In this document: positions 19,271-27,933 of the stretch, piece after piece
Layout of the letters: each line of letters opens with the position of its first letter
Numbering within the stretch: the stretch's first letter is position 1
Position numbers and translations under genes: made by a program
The notes under the pieces: model-generated
What the model was told of the DNA's origin: nothing
Databases searched by the model: none
The model's input: only the letters and a program-made list of their open reading frames with translations
DNA from: Desulfotalea psychrophila LSv54
GTDB taxonomy: Bacteria; Desulfobacterota; Desulfobulbia; Desulfobulbales; Desulfocapsaceae
Assembly (NCBI RefSeq): GCF_000025945.1
Contig: NC_006138.1
Location: forward strand, 3,450,001-3,482,000
Direction: 5' to 3'
Length of the DNA stretch: 32,000 bases

Positions 19271-20446
19271 CTAGGATTCTATTTCATGCTCCACATCAAC
19301 TACAATCTTATAAAGAATTGTAACAAGGAAGGCACCTACCGCATAAATACCAACGGTAACACCAATCTCATTAGGATGTGGGTAGTACTCTACAATCTGG
19401 TTGAGCGGACTAACGGCCATACCACCAATAACAAAACCGATTCCCTTATCAAGCCAGAGAGCAATAAAAATTGACATACAGGCAAAGGCAATCAATTTCT
19501 CATTCCACACCTTGGAAATTTGCAGATAGCTGAGAATGGCAAGACCTACAACACAGAGAACAACAAATCCCCACATAAATGGAACGAGGTTGTTATAAAC
19601 GTGACCACCATGCTCAATACCAAAGAAGAGATACTGAAGAGTCTCTTTGTGACCAGGAATGTCAGAGTAAAAGCCTACAAAGAACTCAAGACCAACAAAG
19701 AAGGCATTCACAAGAGTTGCATAGATGACGATGGTCATAATCTTGCGGATGGCCTCTTTACCTGCATCAAAACCGGTAAGACGTTTCATCAAGAGTGCCA
19801 TACAAACGATCAGAGCAGGACCGGCGGCAAAGGCAGATGCCAAAAAGCGCGGTGCTGTAATCGCTGACAACCAGAAATGACGTCCTGGCAGACCACAGTA
19901 AAGCATAGCAGTTACGGTGTGAATGGAAACCGCAAATGGAATGGAAGCATATACCAGGATATAGATCCATTTCGGTGGCTTCACGCCCTTACGCTCTGCG
20001 GTGAGAATAACCCAACCACAGATGCCGTTTAAGAGAAGATATCCCCAGAGTACACACATATCCCAAAAGAGCATGGAATTCGGTGTTGGATGGAGAATCA
20101 TGTTCGCACTGCGAACCAAGGTTCCGATATCTACAACAACAAACAACAGGGCAACAATCAATGCAGCAACGGCCAGAAACTCACCCAAAATTGTAATACG
20201 TCCAAAAACTTTATAGTTATGAACATAATACGGCAGGACGAGCATCAAGCCTCCCGCTGCAACACCAACCATGTAGGTAAACTGGGCAATATAAAGTCCC
20301 CAGGAAACATCACGTCCCATTCCTGTCAGGTGCATACCATACATAAACTGTCTGATATAGCAAACCAAGCCGACCACAATAAGCGCCGACAGAAAGGCGA
20401 GCCATGTCCAGTATCTTGTTTTGCCTCTAAGTACTTTTTCGATCAT
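19271..20446 (-). CDS. dsrP: DsrP, NrfD/PsrC-family integral membrane subunit of the DsrMKJOP complex
   Basis: It is a 391-aa polytopic membrane protein at the last position of a dsrM-K-J-O-P gene order. Confidence 0.85.
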   Translation of the reverse strand: MIEKVLRGKTRYWTWLAFLSALIVVGLVCYIRQFMYGMHLTGMGRDVSWGLYIAQFTYMVGVAAGGLMLVLPYYVHNYKVFGRITILGEFLAVAALIVALLFVVVDIGTLVRSANMILHPTPNSMLFWDMCVLWGYLLLNGICGWVILTAERKGVKPPKWIYILVYASIPFAVSIHTVTAMLYCGLPGRHFWLSAITAPRFLASAFAAGPALIVCMALLMKRLTGFDAGKEAIRKIMTIVIYATLVNAFFVGLEFFVGFYSDIPGHKETLQYLFFGIEHGGHVYNNLVPFMWGFVVLCVVGLAILSYLQISKVWNEKLIAFACMSIFIALWLDKGIGFVIGGMAVSPLNQIVEYYPHPNEIGVTVGIYAVGAFLVTILYKIVVDVEHEIES

Positions 20447-20453
20447 GACATCC

Positions 20454-21266
20454 TCACACTATGTAAAAGACTGATGGTTTAGTTCCATAACTCGGCTTTC
20501 TCTGAATGGTTGGGTTCTCTTTGAGAACCTTTGAAACTTCAGAGTTTGGATCATTAAGGTCACCAAAGATCATTGCGCCGGATTCCTTAATTGCTTCAAG
20601 ACAAGCTGGTTCTTGACCAAGTGCCAAACGTTCCGCACAAAAAGTACACTTCTCCACAACACCACGCATACGGGTTGGAAATTCGTGATTGTACTCTTTA
20701 ATATGTGGGCGAGGATCTTCCCAGTTAAAGCTTCGAGCTCCATAGGGACATGCCACCATACAGAAACGACAACCAATACAACGATGGTAATCCATCTCTA
20801 CGATGCCATTATGTTCCTCGATAAAGGTAGCCTTGGTAGGACAAACACGCACACAGGGAGGATTCTCACAGTGATTACACATCACAGGGAACTCATTGTT
20901 CTTGAGAACGTCACTCATATGATTGCCTGAATGTTCTGGAAAGGCATTTTCAAAGGGTTCTGTATAAATCCACTTGACCTCTGTTCGAGGTCAGTCAATT
21001 TCAGGGATATTGTGTTCCCTGTTACAGTCCTCAATAGCGCGATCCATCAGCTCTGGTTTATCATACAGCTTGCGCATGTCAAAGACCATGCCATAGTGGA
21101 TGCCTTTGCTGTTCGCGCCATGTCCTGCTGCAACTGCTCCGTGTCCTGCCGGAACAGAAGACGCATGAGCAGTACTGGTACCAAGCTTTGTTAAAGCGGG
21201 AGCAGCAACACCGGCAAGGGCGGTAGCGCCTGCCATCTTCAAAAAATTTCTTCTTTTAATATCCAT
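20454..21266 (-). CDS. dsrO: DsrO, Tat-exported [4Fe-4S] ferredoxin-like subunit; reading frame interrupted by one in-frame TGA at 20991-20993 (recoding, sequencing error or pseudogene)
   Basis: The 91-aa ORF carries the Tat signal MDIKRRNFLKMAGATALAGVAAP. The 154-aa ORF carries CNHCENPPCVRVCP, CIGCRFCMVACP and CTFC. The 24 codons between them (PRTEVKWIYTEPFENAFPEHSGNH) are in frame and free of stops. The joined length of 270 aa is about what I recall for DsrO (from memory, not checked). Confidence 0.8.
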
Positions 21267-21664
21267 TACTTAACCTCCTTCTTCTCAGCCATTACCGCAG
21301 GGCTCAAATGGCACTCCCAACAGTATGGTGTCACAGAAGCATAGGTGTGACATGTGTCACAAAACTGCTCTTTATCTGTGTGGCATTGCATGCAAGCTAA
21401 CTGTAATCCCTTACGGAATTTCTTGCCGCCAATGGTCACCTCTACTCGATCACCGTCACGAAGAACTTCATCACGCCACTGGTTAAGCAGTACCATATGC
21501 TTTGCTCGCATTTCAGCCGCAGGAAGCACACATTCAGTTTCACTAGTTGGAAGCTGAGGATTAGGCACATCACCTGTTCCCAACAGCCCATTAAACCAGA
21601 GCGGAAAGGTAACAAGTGCGATAAATATCGCCAGTCCTATAATTACTGATCCTTTATTGTACAT
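21266..21664 (-). CDS. dsrJ: DsrJ, periplasmic triheme cytochrome c
   Basis: It is 132 aa with an N-terminal membrane anchor and three CxxCH motifs (CMQCH, CDTCH, CWECH). Its stop overlaps the dsrO start (TAATG). Confidence 0.9.
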   Translation of the reverse strand: MYNKGSVIIGLAIFIALVTFPLWFNGLLGTGDVPNPQLPTSETECVLPAAEMRAKHMVLLNQWRDEVLRDGDRVEVTIGGKKFRKGLQLACMQCHTDKEQFCDTCHTYASVTPYCWECHLSPAVMAEKKEVK

Positions 21665-21693
21665 TACTAGAAACTCCTATATTCTGGGCTGGA

Positions 21694-23325
21694 TTAGAAA
21701 ACCATTGTACGGAGACCTTCTGTAAGATCCGCACGATTTTCGCCTTCCTGGATAATTGCGTTACCAACAAGCTCAGAGATACCACAGACATCAACACCTG
21801 GGTTCCAAAAATTGTTGAGAGACGTTAGGGTTGCGCGATCAATGGCACAAACACAGGCGAGCATATTAACATCATGCTTCTCTTTAACATGCTTAACAGC
21901 ATTTGCCCGAGGAAAACCGGCACGCATTCTCAGGTCCATGATCTCATCGGTATTCAAACCAGTTCCAGATCCACAGCAAAAGGTCTGCTCGCGGATGGTA
22001 TTCTCTGGCATCTCAACCCAATCAACAACATGATCAAGAATATAACGAGGTTCATCAATAAGCCCCATGGCTCGAGCAGGGTTGCAAGAATCATGAAAGG
22101 TAGCCTTAACGTGACTGTTACGACTCTTATCAAGCTTAAGTTTACCGTGCTTAATAAGATCAGCAGTAAACTCACTGATATGAACCATCTTGGTGGATGC
22201 TGCATTCTCGAAATAGGTTCCGGTAATCGGAGAAATTGGTTTCTCGAGAAAATCAGCAGGACCGTTCATGGTATCCATATACTGATGCGCGACACGCCAC
22301 ATATGTCCACACTCACCACCGATGATAAATTTAACACCAAGGCCGTCTGCCTCGGCATACATCTTAGCATTCAGTTTCTTCATGGTCTCATTATTGGTAA
22401 AAAGACCGAAGTTTCCACCCTCGGATGCGTAGGTTGACCAGGTATAGTCAAGTCCAATTGCATCGAACAGTTTCATATAACCCATAGCGGTATAGAGACC
22501 TGGTTCTGCAAATACATCAGCCGATGGGGTGATGAAGAGAATCTCCGCACCTTTACGGTTAAAACTAATATTTGGTTTGATACCAGTAAGGCTCTCAACA
22601 TCTTCTTGAAGGAATTCAACATTATCCTTGAAGGTGTGAGGTTGAAGTCCCATATGGTTACCGGTACGATTGGAGTTAGAGACAGGCTCTAAGATCCAAT
22701 TGATACCAACACCGACAAGGTGAAGTAACTCACGGAACATGATGGTGATTTCCGCAGTATCAATACCGTATGGGCAGAAGACAGAACATCTGCGACACTC
22801 GGTACACTGATAAGAGTACATAAACCACTCTTTAAGTACGTCAGTGGTCATTTCACGGGCACCAGCCATCTTGCCAAGAATTTTACCGGCAAGGGTAAAC
22901 TCTTTACGATAAACAGAACGAAGAAGCTCTGCTCGAAGCACTGGCATATTCTTAGGATCACCGGTACCAAGAAAGAAGTGGCACTTATCGGCACAGGCAC
23001 CGCAACGAACACAGCAATCCATAAAGATCTTGAGAGAACGAAACTTACCCAAACGCTCAGCCAGGCCATTAATGATAATCTCTTTCCAATCCTCGGGAAG
23101 CTTCCAATCTTCATCTTCAGGAGACCAGACACGGGCATTAGGAAAGGAGAGACCTTCTTGACTGTTCAGGTACTCTACCTTCTCTTTTTTAGCAGGATAG
23201 GCATAATTACCCGGTTTAAACTCAACGGGAGTATCCATCCAGCCCATGGCGGGAACTGCACCAGTGGACATGGAAGGTCCTTCCACGATGCTTTTTGATA
23301 ATTGTTCTAATTTTGAAACTGACAT
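21694..23325 (-). CDS. dsrK: DsrK, HdrD-like cytoplasmic iron-sulfur subunit
   Basis: It is 543 aa with ferredoxin-type motifs CVRCGACADKC and CTECRRCSVFCP. The C-terminal half has CCG-type cysteine motifs (FHDSCNPAR, TFCCGSG). AAGGA lies upstream of ATG 23325. Confidence 0.9.
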   Translation of the reverse strand: MSVSKLEQLSKSIVEGPSMSTGAVPAMGWMDTPVEFKPGNYAYPAKKEKVEYLNSQEGLSFPNARVWSPEDEDWKLPEDWKEIIINGLAERLGKFRSLKIFMDCCVRCGACADKCHFFLGTGDPKNMPVLRAELLRSVYRKEFTLAGKILGKMAGAREMTTDVLKEWFMYSYQCTECRRCSVFCPYGIDTAEITIMFRELLHLVGVGINWILEPVSNSNRTGNHMGLQPHTFKDNVEFLQEDVESLTGIKPNISFNRKGAEILFITPSADVFAEPGLYTAMGYMKLFDAIGLDYTWSTYASEGGNFGLFTNNETMKKLNAKMYAEADGLGVKFIIGGECGHMWRVAHQYMDTMNGPADFLEKPISPITGTYFENAASTKMVHISEFTADLIKHGKLKLDKSRNSHVKATFHDSCNPARAMGLIDEPRYILDHVVDWVEMPENTIREQTFCCGSGTGLNTDEIMDLRMRAGFPRANAVKHVKEKHDVNMLACVCAIDRATLTSLNNFWNPGVDVCGISELVGNAIIQEGENRADLTEGLRTMVF

Positions 23326-23357
23326 TTCTATATCATCCTTATAAGCTAGTTAATAGT

Positions 23358-24371
23358 CTATGCTTCTTTAGAAGCAGGGAGTTCCTTATCCACAGGAAGA
23401 CCAGCTTCAACCATAAACTCACGGAATTCATCTTCATAACCTGCATAAGAATGAGGTTTAATCTCAGGATTCCATGGATTGATATGACGTACAGCACGAG
23501 AGGCATTGGTCATATTACGGGTTGGGCTCATAAAAACACCACCACTATGCATCAACTTACTATATGGAAAGCAGGCCAAAAGCACAGACACCAACAAAAT
23601 ATGTATACAAAAAATACCTGGCAAAGTACCACCAACAACAGGCGAGAAGGTTGCCAAACCAATCAGCATTTCCTTAGTGGTGATAATATCCACATGCAGG
23701 AAATATCTCATCAATATACCAGTTACTGCAATCCCGAAGATAAGCACCAGTGGGAAATAATCATTCATCAAAGAGATATATCGTACCTGACGATTCCACA
23801 GACGACGACCAAAAAGAAGAATACAGGCAAATGGGAGTCCAACACTGGTCATATACCAGCGAGGTGCACCTATCTGCATGATACCATCAAAATACTCTAC
23901 CCAGGCGATTGCGGCAGGGACAGGATCAAGAAACAATCGCAAATGTCGAACCACAATAAGAAGAAAACAGTAGTGAAAAATCAGAGCAAACAACCAGAGC
24001 CACTTGGAAGATTCATGAGTAAGCTTAGGCCCATCATGAAGTTCTGCCTTGGTATTACGGAATAGAGATCGGAAGAACACTACTTCCAAAAACATTCTTG
24101 CCATTACCTGCAATTTAGTCTGTGGAGCTTCAAGTTTGTTATGCTTAATAAAATCAAGCGATTTTCCCTGACCACAGGTCGTTTGGATAGAGAACGGAAC
24201 TGGAGATTTCGCCCAATTCACCACTTTATAAACAAACCCGAATAGGAAAATCGCAACGGCCAAATACGGAATGGCGACCCCAAATAAGTATTGCGTTCCC
24301 GGTATCATGGATCCGAGCCCAGCAATCAGAGCCAATGCAGTGACTACCAGGAATGAGAAGGCGTACTTCAT
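23358..24371 (-). CDS. dsrM: DsrM, NarI-like membrane diheme cytochrome b
   Basis: It is a 337-aa polytopic membrane protein with conserved His residues in the TM helices. It is first in the dsrMKJOP order, with a GAGG RBS upstream. Confidence 0.85.
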   Translation of the reverse strand: MKYAFSFLVVTALALIAGLGSMIPGTQYLFGVAIPYLAVAIFLFGFVYKVVNWAKSPVPFSIQTTCGQGKSLDFIKHNKLEAPQTKLQVMARMFLEVVFFRSLFRNTKAELHDGPKLTHESSKWLWLFALIFHYCFLLIVVRHLRLFLDPVPAAIAWVEYFDGIMQIGAPRWYMTSVGLPFACILLFGRRLWNRQVRYISLMNDYFPLVLIFGIAVTGILMRYFLHVDIITTKEMLIGLATFSPVVGGTLPGIFCIHILLVSVLLACFPYSKLMHSGGVFMSPTRNMTNASRAVRHINPWNPEIKPHSYAGYEDEFREFMVEAGLPVDKELPASKEA

Positions 24372-24463
24372 TTCTTACCTCGCTTCAATTGAACTGTTAT
24401 TTTGGAATCCAACAAATAAGGCACTTACCAAATTGTCAAAGACCAGTTAAAAACTCGTTATTT

Positions 24464-24994
24464 TTAAGAAATAACTTCCTTCTCATCATTTTTCAGCATA
24501 CGCGAAGGGCACCTGCTGTCTGTTAAAATATGAGATCCAGATTTTATTTCATCTATTCTAACCTGATACAAACGCTCTCTAAAACGCATATAAACATCGA
24601 AACCTGCCAGAAGAGCAAGATCAACACTAAAGTCAAAATCATAGAGCTCTTGGATAAGATGGGCACGTTCTTTATCCTTTTTAAACACCTCACGGACAAT
24701 ATGCTTTAAAGCATTGAGGGGGGCCAGCGCCTGAGAAGGGGTAAATTGCTGAACAGAACGTATGCTGATAAATTGCTCCAGGGGGGCGACTATTTTTTCT
24801 GAGTCTTCTCCATTGGATATGAGGTCAAAGAGCTCTGCAAAGGCCTCTCTGAAATTACCACCGATAGGATTGGCAAATTTATTCTGCTCGATTTTAAAAA
24901 AACGTGATGAAGAATATGTCGACAGGGCATAATCCACCCACTGACTAACAATCTTGTCTTTATGATTCCTAAAACCTTCTGCGAGATCAATCAC
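24464..24994 (-). CDS. RsbRD_N-like domain protein of unknown function, leading the dsrMKJOP operon
   Basis: It is a 176-aa soluble helical protein. My recollection is that an RsbRD N-terminal-domain gene commonly precedes dsrM in sulfate reducers. The assignment is from memory, not from a search. Confidence 0.45.
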   Translation of the reverse strand: MIDLAEGFRNHKDKIVSQWVDYALSTYSSSRFFKIEQNKFANPIGGNFREAFAELFDLISNGEDSEKIVAPLEQFISIRSVQQFTPSQALAPLNALKHIVREVFKKDKERAHLIQELYDFDFSVDLALLAGFDVYMRFRERLYQVRIDEIKSGSHILTDSRCPSRMLKNDEKEVIS

Positions 24995-25036
24995 ACCTTC
25001 ACCTCAATAAAATAATAAAGCATTACAACTAATTAA

Positions 25037-25064
25037 GTTTTGATTTCAACATTGAAACCAAAAC
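25037..25064. promoter_or_regulatory. 28-bp near-perfect palindrome upstream of the RsbRD_N-like/dsr operon; candidate operator
   Basis: GTTTTGATTTCAA-CA-TTGAAACCAAAAC: 12 of 13 arm positions are complementary and the centre is 2 nt. It lies 43-70 bp upstream of start codon 24994. The half-site TTTCAACATT recurs at 25104-25113. Confidence 0.45.
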
Positions 25065-25168
25065 GTGCCATGCGGGTGATTTTTTAGCATTTTTTGACGT
25101 TGTTTTCAACATTTTTTATTTGACAAATGAAAAAACGTCCCTATTAGCCAACGCTAACATACATCTTA

Positions 25169-27301
25169 TCAGCTCACCTGCCTGCCAATATCCGCAATAA
25201 CCCTTCCTGCTTCCTGCACCCATGGGTCACGACTCACCCCCTGGCGCCAGTGACTCTCTTTTTCTGCCTCTGTTTCAGAAATCGTCGACTTAGGCTCCTC
25301 TTCCAAGAGACCCACCTCAGCGCCAAGACGCTTACGGGCCGCCTTGGCCATTCTTCGATCCCCCCGCATTCGCTCAATATCCAGATAAATATAGGTATCC
25401 AGACTACGCTCTTCAGCCTTTGCCACCTCGTCCCGAATAATATCAAACTCCTTATTCTTCTTAACCCGGACAAGACTGTTTTTTCGTATCTTCTCTATAT
25501 CGGGGGAAAGGCTAAAGGTTGTATAGTCAATAGCCTCAATGCTATCCCAGGGCAGGGAGTAATCAAGATACCTCTCCCCGGATTTCAAATGCTCATAGAT
25601 ACTTGGCAGGACGATATCAGGCTCAACACCCTTATACTGAGTGGATCCACCGTTTACCCGATAAAACTTTTGAATCATAATTTTCAGGGCGCCAAGATCT
25701 TCGTAATTTGCCATGGACAACCAGGGTACATACTCATTAAGATCAAGAACAGTCTGCACCGACCCCTTACCATGGGTATGGGCCCCGCCCATAATAACGG
25801 CACGGTGATAATCCTGCAGGGCCGCAGCCACAATTTCTGAGGCCGAGGCGGAAAACTTGTTCACCAAAATCACCAAAGGACCAGCGTAAACAATACCCTC
25901 ATCCTGATCAAAAAGAATGCGCTTATCCCCCATGCTGGTCCGCACCTGAACCATGGGACCTTCTTTAACAAAAAGCCCAGCTATATCAATGGCATCAACA
26001 AGTGCTCCGCCACCATTATTACGCAAATCAAGAACAATACCATCAACCCCCAAGGCCTTTAACTTAAGCACCTCGACCCTGGTATCATCGGTTGAATTGC
26101 GCCCCTTCTCACCCTTCTTACTCTTTTCAAAATCACGGTAAAAACTTGGGATATTAATATAACCAATCCGCGCCCCATCATCCCCCTTCACCACCAGGCT
26201 TTTGACAAAGGTGTCTTCCATCTGCACAACATCACGAATAATAGGAACAACAGATTTCAGCCCACCATTTTTTCTTACGGTGAGACGAACCTCCGTGCCC
26301 TTAGCACCCCTGATCAAACGTACAGCATCACGCAGGCGCATATCACTCACATCCACGGGCTCTTCGTCACCCTGCCCTACACTCAAGATAGCATCTTCTA
26401 TCTCAAGCCCACCCTGCCTGGCAGAGGCACTCCCGGGGATGACCCGGACCACCTTGATCATACCGTCTTCTTCTTTTAACAGGGCACCGATACCTTCAAG
26501 GCTGCCTCGCATATTAATATCAAACTGTTCTTTGGACGCTGGAGGAATATAATTTGTATGGGGACCAAAGGCACGTGCTACAGAGTTAAAAAAACGATCG
26601 GTGTGATCCTGCAGTGTCTCTTGAGTCAACCTATGCAGAAAGGTCTTGTTTTGCTTGGCAACCTTCTCTGTTGCCTCAGCCCACATCTTCTTGAAATTGG
26701 AGCTAACAGACTTTCTCGTCCCCTCTCCAGATTTTTTCCCTGCAAGATCTGCCCCCTTTGCCGCCTGCGCCTCTTCTTCAAGATCCAGATAACGAGACAT
26801 AACCTGAGCCTTAAGAATCTTACGCCAGCGATCCTCTAATTCTGCCAGTGATTTTGCATAGGAAAGCTTTTTAGGATCACTCTGGTACACCTCGCCAGGA
26901 GTATGGCCAATCTCGGCGGCAACCATTTTGGTAACCATCTGCTGCACCTGAGCGACACGTTTTAGAAGTATCTCAGAACCAAGACTTGGTAAAACAACCT
27001 GCCCGGAACGCATATTATCATCAATGGAATCTGCGTGACTATGCAGAACGTCAACATCCTCCTGGAGAAGAAATCGTTTTTGATAATCAAGCTGTTTCAG
27101 GTAAAGACTAAAGGCAGCCTCTCCCAAGCTATCATTGAGTTCTTTATCGCTATAATGAAGTGTCGGCAACTGCTTGCTCAGCATATGACCAATAAGGCTA
27201 TCCCTCTCCTGCTCTTCTGCCGTCAAAGAATCTGCATGAAGAACAGGGCTGAGAAAAAGCAGCACAAGGACTGAGAAAAAAAACGATTTCATTAATTTCA
27301 T
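25169..27301 (-). CDS. prc: Tail-specific / carboxy-terminal processing protease, S41 family (Prc-like)
   Basis: It has a PDZ region and an S41 catalytic block (NKFSASASEIVAAALQDY with the Ser, THGKGSVQ with the Lys). The start is set at ATG 27301 (MKLMKSFFFSVLVLLFLSPVLHA signal peptide). Confidence 0.85.
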   Translation of the reverse strand: MKLMKSFFFSVLVLLFLSPVLHADSLTAEEQERDSLIGHMLSKQLPTLHYSDKELNDSLGEAAFSLYLKQLDYQKRFLLQEDVDVLHSHADSIDDNMRSGQVVLPSLGSEILLKRVAQVQQMVTKMVAAEIGHTPGEVYQSDPKKLSYAKSLAELEDRWRKILKAQVMSRYLDLEEEAQAAKGADLAGKKSGEGTRKSVSSNFKKMWAEATEKVAKQNKTFLHRLTQETLQDHTDRFFNSVARAFGPHTNYIPPASKEQFDINMRGSLEGIGALLKEEDGMIKVVRVIPGSASARQGGLEIEDAILSVGQGDEEPVDVSDMRLRDAVRLIRGAKGTEVRLTVRKNGGLKSVVPIIRDVVQMEDTFVKSLVVKGDDGARIGYINIPSFYRDFEKSKKGEKGRNSTDDTRVEVLKLKALGVDGIVLDLRNNGGGALVDAIDIAGLFVKEGPMVQVRTSMGDKRILFDQDEGIVYAGPLVILVNKFSASASEIVAAALQDYHRAVIMGGAHTHGKGSVQTVLDLNEYVPWLSMANYEDLGALKIMIQKFYRVNGGSTQYKGVEPDIVLPSIYEHLKSGERYLDYSLPWDSIEAIDYTTFSLSPDIEKIRKNSLVRVKKNKEFDIIRDEVAKAEERSLDTYIYLDIERMRGDRRMAKAARKRLGAEVGLLEEEPKSTISETEAEKESHWRQGVSRDPWVQEAGRVIADIGRQVS

Positions 27302-27427
27302 AAAAAACCTAAGAAAATAAAAGACAAAAACACAGAGAGTTAGCCGCAAACAATCTCTACAGATTACGTTACCACCTGCCAAAAAGTCCAGATAATACTG
27401 CTTTTAGCCATAGAAAAAGGCATGCAT

Positions 27428-27928
27428 CTACAGAAAGAGAATCGATATATCAGTTATTTGCGCTGAAGATAAGGGGCTATTGGGAAAAAATTGCTCATAA
27501 AACTCTAAAAAATTATTCCAGCTACAGTCAATAGAGGAGGAGCGATAATCCCCCCGAACAATTCTCAGTTCTTCTTCAAGAAAAACAATCAATTGCCTAT
27601 GTACCTGCTCACGCAAACCGACTTCTAAAGACTGCCGTTGGCAAAATTTAAGGTAACGCTGATAGTTTGCCATACAACGGCTTAGACCACGATAAGCCGA
27701 GGTACCAATATTTTCCGACAAAATATCCCGTAAAATAATTTCCCTAAATCGGCTAAGGGCGGCATCCTGCAAGCCCTTTAGCTGAACTTCAGTCAGCTCC
27801 AGCTGAGGACCGATTTTATCCCTTGTCAGAAAATAGAGCGCTGAATGCAATGCTATTTCCGGTATTTCTCCAGAGTGGCGGACAACATACCACTCATTTT
27901 CATAAAGCTCTGCAATACTCTGTTCCAT
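27428..27928 (-). CDS. Hypothetical soluble protein (orf167), last gene of the hemA operon
   Basis: The ORF begins at GTG 27931 or ATG 27928, which is 2-5 nt after the hemA stop. I recognised no motif. Confidence 0.5.
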   Translation of the reverse strand: MEQSIAELYENEWYVVRHSGEIPEIALHSALYFLTRDKIGPQLELTEVQLKGLQDAALSRFREIILRDILSENIGTSAYRGLSRCMANYQRYLKFCQRQSLEVGLREQVHRQLIVFLEEELRIVRGDYRSSSIDCSWNNFLEFYEQFFPNSPLSSAQITDISILFL

Positions 27929-27933
27929 CACGA

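Noticed and set aside
20949-20990. Canonical SECIS element downstream of the dsrO UGA
   Set aside because: The only hairpin at roughly the right distance (UCAAG-U-GG...CC-C-UUUGA) is weak, bulged, and lacks a recognisable G/U apical loop. Recoding therefore remains unproven and is reported only as a hypothesis.
25064-25079. Sigma54 promoter upstream of the dsr operon (minus strand TGGCACGTTTTGGTTT)
   Set aside because: The -24 element is perfect, but the -12 position reads GGTT rather than TTGC. A 7-mer match is expected by chance a few times in 64 kb of two-strand sequence.
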